DNA of 10,036 bases from an uncultured bacterium (GCA_963822585.1 CAWGIE010000004.1:1-10036), one strand, 5' to 3'; counted from the stretch's first letter, positions 1 through 6,582 are shown. A program made the numbers and translations. Notes: generated by a model not told the origin, from the sequence alone.

Positions 1-2
1 AT

Positions 3-120
3 TGAGCGTCGAACGTTTATTCTTCCCATCCGCTCTTTCGGGGCTTTTCGTTCGGCGTCCGCCGACGGCGGGTAAATTCGAAGCTTGCACCGCTTGGCGG
101 GGTTGGACGTTCGATGTTCA
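3..120. repeat. Imperfect inverted repeat element (TGAGCGTCGAACGT ... ACGTTCGATGTTCA) with internal CCGCC-N3-GGCGG mini-hairpin
   Basis: 3-16 matches the reverse complement of 107-120 at 12/14. CCGCCGACGGCGG lies at 59-71. Probably truncated by the window edge. Confidence 0.55.
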
Positions 121-148
121 GCTTTTATTCCCCCCCTCGCCCTCCAGG

Positions 149-281
149 GAATGTCCAATTTCCAACAGCCAACTTCCAATCTCCAATTATCCTGTTCAAT
201 GTTTCCCGCCGTATTTGGAAATTGGCTATTGGATATTGGTTATTGGATATTCACACTATTCGATGTTCGGCGTTGGATATT
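149..281. repeat. Inverted arrays of 7-bp tandem repeats (5x NNNCCAA / 5x TTGGNNN)
   Basis: TGTCCAA TTTCCAA CAGCCAA CTTCCAA TCTCCAA (152-186) faces TTGGAAA TTGGCTA TTGGATA TTGGTTA TTGGATA (215-249), bounded by GAA/TTC. Three further related heptamers at 259-279. Confidence 0.85.
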
Positions 282-282
282 A

Positions 283-309
283 TTAAAATTTTTCAAAGAA
301 AAATTTTAA
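283..309. repeat. AT-rich perfect palindrome (12-bp arms, 3-nt loop) overlapping the pduT stop codon
   Basis: TTAAAATTTTTC-AAA-GAAAAATTTTAA. Confidence 0.8.
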
Positions 310-854
310 AGGATAAACCGCGCCAGGGAGGGGTGGGGGCGGGGGATGACGACGGTCCGGACCAGGGCGCCGATCTCCTTTACCTTTTCTTCCCCGATCT
401 CCATGGCCGCCTCCAGATCGGGGATCGCCCCGGTCAGGGTGACGAAACTTTTTCCTCCCAGGCCGTTGGCCAAACGGATCTCCAGAAGCCGGATCTCGGC
501 GGCCTTGGCGGCCGCGTCGGCGGCCAGGATGCAGGAGGGGATGGAGAAGGTCTCGATAACCCCGACGGCATCCAGTTCTCCCACCGGGCCGGCCGCCAGG
601 ATCGCGGGGATGACCTGGGGATGAACGTTGGGCAGAAAAAGATGATCGGTCACGGCGTCGGCGCCGGCTTCCAGCCCGGCCTGGAGGGATTCATCCACGG
701 GGCCGGTCAGGCCGGTGATCAAAACGATGTACTTCCCCGGGCAAACGCTCCGGGAGTCGATCACTTCCACCTCCGATTTTTTCGCCATCGCGTCGGTGGT
801 GAAAATGCCGGCGGCCACGCTGTTGAATTCGATAAATCCTACGGCCGGTTCCAT
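306..854 (-). CDS. pduT: PduT-like tandem-domain BMC shell protein (BMC-T) with Fe-S-binding Cys38
   Basis: Two BMC domains (AVGFIEFNSVAAG..DAMAK; AVGVIETFS...AADAAAKAA...GLGGK...VIPRPH). The CPGK motif has Cys at residue 38, as in PduT. SD-like GGAG upstream; lies directly after pduS. Confidence 0.92.
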   Translation of the reverse strand: MEPAVGFIEFNSVAAGIFTTDAMAKKSEVEVIDSRSVCPGKYIVLITGLTGPVDESLQAGLEAGADAVTDHLFLPNVHPQVIPAILAAGPVGELDAVGVIETFSIPSCILAADAAAKAAEIRLLEIRLANGLGGKSFVTLTGAIPDLEAAMEIGEEKVKEIGALVRTVVIPRPHPSLARFIL

Positions 855-856
855 TT

Positions 857-877
857 TATTTTTTCTCCGAAAAAATA
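857..877. promoter_or_regulatory. AT-rich perfect palindrome (9-bp arms, 3-nt loop) containing the pduT Shine-Dalgarno
   Basis: Minus strand reads TATTTTTTC-GGA-GAAAAAATA-AA-ATG. Confidence 0.55.
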
Positions 878-882
878 GATTG

Positions 883-2223
883 TTAAGATGCCTGAATCGT
901 TATTGATTCATCGGTCACTTTGGTGACAATACCCGGGATTGAAGCGTGGATGAGGGCGCCCATGGTACCCCGGGGTAAATTCCCGATTACGTCTCCCGCT
1001 TTCACTTTCTGTTTCTCCTTCACGACCGGAGACGCCGGTTGGCCGATATGCTGCTTCAAAGGTATGGTTACCGACCGGGGAGAAAAGCCGGTTTCCACCA
1101 GGGGCGCGGGCCGATCGTATTCCCCGAGCTGCAGCCGGGACGTCAGCCGGGAAACCGGGATCAGGCTGTACTCTCTCTGCGGGGATGGAACGTATCTCTT
1201 CAGCGGCGGCACGCGATCCCAGTTCCACTCCTTCATCCGGCCGGCCACCTGCTTATTGAGACGTCCGATGGGAAGATTCATCGGACACGAATAAACCCCG
1301 CAGAGATCGCAGTTGCAGCACATGGGCGCCGAAGAGATCCCGGGCGAGTCAGGAAAAGGGATCCCCATGGATATCTGCCGCATCACGATATGGGGTTTGA
1401 AATTATGCCCGATCAGGGCGCGGGGACAGACCAGGGTGCAGTAATCGCACTGGCAGCAGGTCGCCTGGATCTTGCTGAGATCGAAGTTCAGATCCCGGGT
1501 CTTGCGCACCACTACCGGATGATCCGCGGGGAGGACGATAAGGGCCGATGTCGTCTTGGTAACCGGGGCATCCGGGTCGGCAACGACTTCGCCCATCATC
1601 GGGCCGCCGGACACAATCGCCCAGTGCTCCACTTGCGGGCCCCCCGCCAGATCGAGCGCGGCCCGCAGCGGTGTCCCGACCGGGAGTCTCAGTGTTTTCG
1701 GCTCCCCGACCGCCCCGGTCACCGTCAGATAGCGGGAGATGACCGGTTCGCCCCGCGCGGCCCGGGAAATGTTATGGAAGGTCTCGACGTTGCTGACCAG
1801 GACACCGACTTTGAGCGGTATCTCTCCCGGCGGGATTACTTTTCCGGTGACCTCGTAAACGATGACGAACTCGTCGCCGGCCGGATAAACGCTCTCCATC
1901 AGGTGCAGGCTCAGCTCTTTTTTGTCCGCGATCTCTTTCTTCAGGGCGGCGATGGCGGCGGTATATTTTTTCTTGAGAGCGATAACCCCCCGGACGGCGC
2001 CGGTCGCCTTCATCACCAGGGTCAGTCCCCGCACCACCTCATCCGCCCGGGCGGCCATCACCTGCTGATCGTTGCGGAGGAGGGGTTCGCACTCAGCCCC
2101 GTTGACGATCACCGTCTCTACCCGGGCGTCGATTTTCTTCCAGGTCGGAAATCCGGCCCCCCCTGCTCCCACCACGCCGGCCTGCCATACTTTTTCGACC
2201 AAGTTGTCGGATGTTTTTTTCAA
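883..2223 (-). CDS. pduS: PduS-like (RnfC/Nqo1-related) flavin- and 2x[4Fe-4S]-binding NADH oxidoreductase
   Basis: Motifs AGVVGAGGAGFPT, NGAECEP, YPAGDE and SLBB-region GGPMMG. Two Cys clusters: CCQCDYCTLVCP and CCNCDLCGVYSCP. C-terminal PLKQHIG..IHASIPG domain (C-terminal in PduS, N-terminal in RnfC). Start placed at TTG 2223 because the longer ORF start (2322) reads through a repeat; start is uncertain. Confidence 0.88.
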   Translation of the reverse strand: MKKTSDNLVEKVWQAGVVGAGGAGFPTWKKIDARVETVIVNGAECEPLLRNDQQVMAARADEVVRGLTLVMKATGAVRGVIALKKKYTAAIAALKKEIADKKELSLHLMESVYPAGDEFVIVYEVTGKVIPPGEIPLKVGVLVSNVETFHNISRAARGEPVISRYLTVTGAVGEPKTLRLPVGTPLRAALDLAGGPQVEHWAIVSGGPMMGEVVADPDAPVTKTTSALIVLPADHPVVVRKTRDLNFDLSKIQATCCQCDYCTLVCPRALIGHNFKPHIVMRQISMGIPFPDSPGISSAPMCCNCDLCGVYSCPMNLPIGRLNKQVAGRMKEWNWDRVPPLKRYVPSPQREYSLIPVSRLTSRLQLGEYDRPAPLVETGFSPRSVTIPLKQHIGQPASPVVKEKQKVKAGDVIGNLPRGTMGALIHASIPGIVTKVTDESITIQAS

Positions 2224-2276
2224 ACGGTGAATTCCGCGAGTTATTCTGTCCAGCGGCCCCGCTGAATGAAATGTGG

Positions 2277-2312
2277 TCGGCCGGATCGGTCGGATCCGAC
2301 CGATCGGACTGA
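2277..2312. repeat. Four degenerate 9-bp tandem units containing a 22-bp perfect palindrome
   Basis: TCGGCCGGA TCGGTCGGA TCCGACCGA TCGGACTGA; palindrome GATCGGTCGGATCCGACCGATC at 2284-2305. Confidence 0.8.
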
Positions 2313-2347
2313 TTTTTAACAATTATCCGAGACCGTCAGGGACGGTT

Positions 2348-3847
2348 TCAGACAATCCGAAAATAGTCGATCAGCACGCAGCGGCGCTTCCGGGTGAAGT
2401 CGGAGGCTTTGGTCAGGCCTTCCCCCGTGGGACTGGCGATGCTGAAGGAGGTGTAGCCCTGGCCGCCGAAGCCGAGACCGGAGTAGCAGGGGCCGTTCTT
2501 GACGAAAATGGAGGAATTGCATTCCCGGGCCATCTTGCTCAACTTCTCCACGTTGCGGGAATACATATACATCGAGTGCCGGTAACCATGTTCGACCTCG
2601 ATTGCCAGGCGGATGGCCTGATCGACGTCGGGGACCCGGACGAAGGGGATGACCGGCATCAGCTGTTCCACCAGCACCAGGGGATGGTGAGCGTCCACCT
2701 CGGCGAGGACGATCCTCACCTCGTCCCCCACCGTGATCCCGATTTCTTTCAGGATAACGCTGGGCGGCCGGCCGACAAATTTCTTGTTCGGCGCGCCTTC
2801 CTCGCAGTTCGGCCCCGGCATGGTGGCGATCACGACCTTGGTCAGCGCCTCCGTCTGCTCTTTATTCAGTTCATAGGCGCCGTTCCTGATCAACTCCCGT
2901 TTCAGCTGATCGGCGATCTTCTCGACCGCGAAAATCTCTTTTTCACAGACGCAGACGATGTTGTTGTCGAAGGAAGCCCCCTCGACGATCAGACGCCCGG
3001 CCTTCTCGATATCGGCCGTTTCGTCAACCACCACGGGGGGGTTCCCCGGACCGGCGGCGATTACTTTCTTCCCCGATTGCATGGCGGCCTTGACCACCCC
3101 GGGGCCGCCGGTGACCACCAGGAGCCGGATTTTGGGGTGTTTCATCATCTTCCCGGCCGCCTCGATGGTCGGTTCCGTGATGGCGACCATCAGGTTGGGC
3201 GGTCCGCCGGCGCCGGTTATCGCCCGGTTGAGAATCTGGATCATGGTTTGGGAAGCGAGCTTGGCGGACGGGTGGGGACCGAAGACGACGGCGTTACCGG
3301 CGGCGATCATGCCGATCGAATTACAGATAACGGTCGAGGTGGGGTTGGTGGAGGGGATGATGGCCCCGATCAGCCCGTAGGGAGCCCCTTCCACCAGGGT
3401 GAGGCCGTGATCGCCCGTCCAGGCGATCGGCTGGAGATCTTCCAGGCCGGGGGTTTTATTGGAGACCAGCAAGTGCTTCTTGATCTTTGACTCCACCCGG
3501 CCCATCCCCGTCTCCTCAAAGGCGATCCGCGATATTTTTTCGGCGTTGTCGCGTCCCGCCTGCCGCATCGCTTCGATGATCTGCTCACGCTTCTCGAGGC
3601 TGAGGCCCATCAGTGTTTTCTGGGCGGTATCCGCCGCCGCGATGGCGTCATCCAGCTGATCGAAGATCCCGTCGGCGGCCGCCACCGGGGAGGCTGCCGG
3701 ACCGGAGACCGGAGGGGCCGTACCGCCTTCTTCGGTGAGGCGCTTGACCACGGTCTGGACGATGGCCCTGATCTGTTCTTCGTTATAAAAATTTCCTTTG
3801 GAAATTTTTAGGGGGCCCGACTCCGTCGGGCTCGATTCTGCAGTCAT
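2348..3847 (-). CDS. eutE: CoA-acylating aldehyde dehydrogenase, EutE/PduP family, with N-terminal encapsulation peptide
   Basis: Motifs ETGMGR, PSTNPT, AAGNAVVFGPHP, TGGPGVV, GPGNPP, catalytic SFDNNIVCVCEK and C-terminal IASPTGEG..FTRKRRC. ATG at 3847 is preceded by GAGGT. Amphipathic helix EEQIRAIVQTVVKRL followed by a Pro/Ala linker. Confidence 0.93.
   Translation of the reverse strand: MTAESSPTESGPLKISKGNFYNEEQIRAIVQTVVKRLTEEGGTAPPVSGPAASPVAAADGIFDQLDDAIAAADTAQKTLMGLSLEKREQIIEAMRQAGRDNAEKISRIAFEETGMGRVESKIKKHLLVSNKTPGLEDLQPIAWTGDHGLTLVEGAPYGLIGAIIPSTNPTSTVICNSIGMIAAGNAVVFGPHPSAKLASQTMIQILNRAITGAGGPPNLMVAITEPTIEAAGKMMKHPKIRLLVVTGGPGVVKAAMQSGKKVIAAGPGNPPVVVDETADIEKAGRLIVEGASFDNNIVCVCEKEIFAVEKIADQLKRELIRNGAYELNKEQTEALTKVVIATMPGPNCEEGAPNKKFVGRPPSVILKEIGITVGDEVRIVLAEVDAHHPLVLVEQLMPVIPFVRVPDVDQAIRLAIEVEHGYRHSMYMYSRNVEKLSKMARECNSSIFVKNGPCYSGLGFGGQGYTSFSIASPTGEGLTKASDFTRKRRCVLIDYFRIV
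3786..3810. repeat. AT-rich perfect palindrome (11-bp arms, 3-nt loop) within the 5' coding region of the aldehyde dehydrogenase
   Basis: TAAAAATTTCC-TTT-GGAAATTTTTA. Confidence 0.8.
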
Positions 3848-4015
3848 AATCAAACCTCGCAAAACGATTCTGGGTCAGGAAACGCCCGCGGCGCGTTCTA
3901 TTCCAGGACGATGACTTTTCGGTCAAAGCCTGTCAGCCGGATGAGGAAAGAAATACCACGTTGGACTCCCCTCATCGGAACCGGGTCAAAACCGTGACTT
4001 TACCCCGACCGTTGG

Positions 4016-4321
4016 TCAGGAACGGTCGTCTTCAGCCTTGTCGTAGACGATCTTTCCGTCCACGTCCAGCGTATCCACGATGGCCATGATCGTGGCGTCA
4101 CAGGGCCGGTTGGTAGTCGCGCTGGTGTACCTGCCGCAACTCCCGGTCACATAAAGGACGACTTCCCCCACCCCGGCGCCGACCGAGTCGGCGGCGATGA
4201 CGTACTTGCCCAGGGGTTTGCCGTCGATGCCCAGCTGTTCACAGACGTAAAATTTGAGGCCGTCCAGACTCTCCACTTTCTGAGTGGAGACCAGGGTGCC
4301 GCGTATCTTTGCTAAAAGCAT
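4016..4321 (-). CDS. eutN: BMC vertex pentamer protein (BMC-P, EutN/CcmL family)
   Basis: MLLAKIRGTLVSTQK...AADSVGAGVGEVVLYVTGS...DATIMAIVD is the EutN/CcmL pattern; located within the shell gene cluster. Confidence 0.93.
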   Translation of the reverse strand: MLLAKIRGTLVSTQKVESLDGLKFYVCEQLGIDGKPLGKYVIAADSVGAGVGEVVLYVTGSCGRYTSATTNRPCDATIMAIVDTLDVDGKIVYDKAEDDRS

Positions 4322-4339
4322 GGCGCGTACCTTGGTTGA

Positions 4340-4633
4340 TTACTTGCCCTTCTGCGGAGCGCGGCCAAGCGGGAGAACCCGGTCGATATTGGCGTGCGGC
4401 CGCGGAATGACATGGACGGAGATCAGTTCGCCGACCTTTTCCGCCCCGCGGGCGCCGGCCTCGACGGACGCTTTACAGGCGGCGACATCTCCCCGGACGA
4501 TCGCGGTCACGTAGCCGCCGCCGATCCTCTCGTAGCTGACCAGTTCGACCTTTGCCGCCTTGACCATGGCATCGGCTGCTTCCACCATCGCCGCGAATCC
4601 TTTCGTTTCGATCATACCCAATGCTTCAGACAT
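4340..4633 (-). CDS. BMC hexamer shell protein (BMC-H, EutM/PduA/CcmK family)
   Basis: [19 protein letters not shown]....IGGGYVT..VRGDVAA....VIPRPH; strong SD AAGGAGG upstream. Confidence 0.96.
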   Translation of the reverse strand: MSEALGMIETKGFAAMVEAADAMVKAAKVELVSYERIGGGYVTAIVRGDVAACKASVEAGARGAEKVGELISVHVIPRPHANIDRVLPLGRAPQKGK

Positions 4634-4650
4634 CTTTTGTCCCTCCTTTT

Positions 4651-4675
4651 TAAAATTTTCCTTCGGAAAATTTTA
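4651..4675. repeat. AT-rich perfect palindrome (11-bp arms, 3-nt loop) abutting the BMC-H ribosome-binding site
   Basis: TAAAATTTTCC-TTC-GGAAAATTTTA; the SD-containing stretch is at 4641-4650. Confidence 0.8.
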
Positions 4676-4741
4676 GTTATAATGCTTCTTTCACTTTTAA
4701 GAGGCTGTTTCGGGATCTCAATAATTTTATTTTCCCTGCGG

Positions 4742-4850
4742 AAAACTACAAATGTGCAAGCATTGAACCAGCATCGCAGGAATATTTTATAGTTAATTCG
4801 TGTAATCCTTCGGCTACGCTCAGGACAAGTTTCGCGTAATTCGTAGTTTT
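4742..4850. repeat. MITE-like element with terminal inverted repeats and an internal REP-like motif
   Basis: AAAACTACAAAT (4742-4753) vs ATTCGTAGTTTT (4839-4850), 11/12 inverted. Internal CCTTCGGCTACGCTCAGGA (4807-4825) recurs inverted at 6498-6516 (17/19). Confidence 0.6.
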
Positions 4851-4884
4851 ATTTAGCTGCCCGCGCGCGGCGAGGGCTGTGTTC

Positions 4885-5520
4885 TTACTCGCCTTTCGTG
4901 GGCTGGACGCCGGTGACGGCATTGATCGCGGCCATGGCCGCCTCGCTTCCCACCATGATGTCGCGTTCCTCGCCGCCCAGATAAAGGCGTCCGAAACGGC
5001 CAAAAGGTTTGACCTCGATCAGCGTGATATTGGCGGCTTTCTCCGCTTCGTTGGCTGCCAGCACGGCATAACCCGCGGGATCGGTCTCCAGTATGTACAA
5101 CGTCTGGTCTGCCAAAAGCATCGAACCGCTTCGGCTGCGGTTGATCAGTTGCGCCTGGTGGGCGTCCACCTTGCGGATGATCTGGGTGGCAACCGCCTTC
5201 GGTTTCATCCTCTGGTCTTCTTGCAGGCCAAGGGCGTTCAGGATCGCCAGTCCCGCCTCCCGGACATTGGCCTGGGAGTACGAATGGACCTCCAGCAGCC
5301 CGTAGGCTCTCTCGACAATCATCATGGCCGGCTTGACGTCGGTCGCCTTGAGCGCCACGTCCATCACTTCATTGATCGCCATCCCCGGCGCCACTTCCAC
5401 GTAACAGGCCGCCATCCCGGGAAGGGGCTGAAAGCCCTTCGCCGCCGAAGCGACGAAAGAAGCGAACTGCGGCTGCATACTGTCCAAAAAAATATATGTT
5501 CTGAGCTGTACCTTCTCCAT
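4885..5520 (-). CDS. Circularly permuted, double-stacking BMC trimer protein (BMC-Tdp; CcmP/CsoS1D/HO-T2-like)
   Basis: LRTYIFLDSMQPQ, VERAYGLLEVH, LETDPAGYAVLAANEAEKAA and FGRLYLGG are typical of BMC-Tdp proteins; SD AGGAGG upstream. Confidence 0.9.
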   Translation of the reverse strand: MEKVQLRTYIFLDSMQPQFASFVASAAKGFQPLPGMAACYVEVAPGMAINEVMDVALKATDVKPAMMIVERAYGLLEVHSYSQANVREAGLAILNALGLQEDQRMKPKAVATQIIRKVDAHQAQLINRSRSGSMLLADQTLYILETDPAGYAVLAANEAEKAANITLIEVKPFGRFGRLYLGGEERDIMVGSEAAMAAINAVTGVQPTKGE

Positions 5521-5632
5521 TTACCTGCCTCCTATAAATTAGCTCGCTGCGCTCGCAAATTTATATCGGGCCGACGGCTGTTAAGCCGGCGGCCTGTCGT
5601 TGGTTACACTGAAAGAAACTGATGATTGCGGT

Positions 5633-5662
5633 ATTCTTATAATAAAGGGAGATTTCAGTCAA
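5633..5662 (-). promoter_or_regulatory. Candidate sigma70-type promoter for the BMC operon
   Basis: Minus-strand TTGACT (5662-5657) followed by AT-rich TATTATAAGAAT; -10 spacing is ambiguous (15-18 nt). A separate perfect TATAAT lies at 5703-5698. Confidence 0.35.
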
Positions 5663-5754
5663 GAAAAATTTCAACAATCCCCTCAAATTGCAATGATATT
5701 ATACTATTTTAAACTGATATACGCCACGCGAACGCAGGGCATATATCAGTTCAT

Positions 5755-5798
5755 CTAAATAATCCGGTTCCGCCGGCCGGCGGAACCGGATTGTTTAG
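5755..5798 (-). terminator. Strong hairpin directly after the GtrA-family stop codon; probable intrinsic terminator
   Basis: 32-bp perfect palindrome AATCCGGTTCCGCCGGCCGGCGGAACCGGATT (5761-5792), extendable to 5755-5798 with one mismatch; T-rich tails on both strands. Confidence 0.7.
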
Positions 5799-6289
5799 CC
5801 TTTGAAAATAAAATACTTCCTTACCAGATAGTTGATCATGAGGCAGACCAGGATCATGGCTCCGAAGGCATAGGTGGTGTTGATCCCATAGTAATCTATG
5901 AGGAACGATTGCAGACCGATCCCGATTGCCACGCTGACGCCGGCCACCAGATAAAACATGGCTATCTCTTTCCAAAGGGAATGGCGCCCCCTTTCAAAGA
6001 CCCAGGCCACATTGATGAAATAAACCAACAAGTTGGAAAACATGAACGCGATCGCGTTATCAATGGCGGCGTGAAACGCCCGAACCGAATCAGTAATATC
6101 CGCGGGGGGGACATGCAGAAAACCGGCGATCGGATCGGTCGCCGTTATCGCCGGCAGGATTTTCCAGGCCAGAAGGAAAAAGACCGTGGTATGGAACACG
6201 GTGGCTATCCCCCCCGCGATGCCATATTTGATGAACTGCACCAGGTGACCGTGCTCTTTTCCCTTGAACTGACGTAAAAAGGTTTTCAT
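5795..6289 (-). CDS. GtrA-family small integral membrane protein
   Basis: QFIKYGIAGGIAT, NAIAF....Y.IN..WVF and C-terminal NYLVRKYFIFK; about four hydrophobic segments. Start is ATG 6289 or 6307 (uncertain). Confidence 0.82.
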   Translation of the reverse strand: MKTFLRQFKGKEHGHLVQFIKYGIAGGIATVFHTTVFFLLAWKILPAITATDPIAGFLHVPPADITDSVRAFHAAIDNAIAFMFSNLLVYFINVAWVFERGRHSLWKEIAMFYLVAGVSVAIGIGLQSFLIDYYGINTTYAFGAMILVCLMINYLVRKYFIFKG

Positions 6290-6434
6290 GGGCCGGCGTT
6301 TGCACATCGGGCGCGGCCCGGTCGCGTCTTTCTTCTTTTCCCGGGCGGCTCGTAGAAAAAGGCATTAAAGCAGATAGCGGATACGGGAGCAAGCGGAATA
6401 AATAAGCGAGCCATGCCCCTTTGGAATTTCAATA

Positions 6435-6531
6435 AACCGCGGATTAAACGGATTAAGCTGATTGTTTTACCTTTAAATCAGCATAATCCGTCAAAGATCC
6501 TGAGCACAGCCGAAGGGCACAATCCGCGGTT
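6435..6531. repeat. MITE-like long hairpin interrupted by a REP-like insert
   Basis: Outer inverted repeat AACCGCGGATT (6435-6445)/AATCCGCGGTT (6521-6531). Inner inverted repeat 6448-6463/6476-6491 (15/16). Unpaired insert at about 6492-6520. Confidence 0.75.
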
Positions 6532-6557
6532 AAATAAGTTGCCCGAGCCCCGATAAA

Positions 6558-6582
6558 CCCCGATTAAAACTTCGGGGCGGAG
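6558..6582 (-). repeat. REP-like CCCCGAAGNNTTAATCGGGG, copy 1
   Basis: Reverse complement matches 6857-6881 at 24/25. Confidence 0.8.

Noticed and set aside
149..281. CRISPR array
   Set aside because: Units are contiguous 7-mers with no unique spacers, and no cas genes are present.
2..309. ORFs 2-286 and 85-309
   Set aside because: They are translations of heptamer repeats (PISNSQLPISN, EIGYWILVIGY), not plausible proteins.
883..2223. RnfC/RsxC subunit of an Rnf complex
   Set aside because: The barrel-sandwich-like domain is C-terminal, no rnfDGEAB genes are present, and the gene is paired with pduT, which all indicate PduS.
2224..2322. N-terminal extension of PduS in the ORF track (possible encapsulation peptide)
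   Set aside because: It is encoded across the 9-mer repeat (PIGRIRPIRP), is not an amphipathic helix, and PduS similarity begins only near LVEKVWQAGVVGAGG.
114..3659. Long plus-strand ORFs (114-878, 1039-2265, 2273-3490 and others)
   Set aside because: They are antisense shadows of well-supported GC-rich minus-strand BMC genes and have no recognisable motifs.
306..5520. Canonical Pdu, Eut or carboxysome operon
   Set aside because: No pduCDE, eutBC, glycyl-radical enzyme or RuBisCO is in view; the gene symbols given denote protein families only.
4284..5622. Plus-strand ORFs 4284-4514, 4394-4792, 4879-5622, 5093-5305 and minus-strand 4746-5003
   Set aside because: They overlap the shell genes antisense or out of frame; 4746-5003 ends in repeat-derived sequence.
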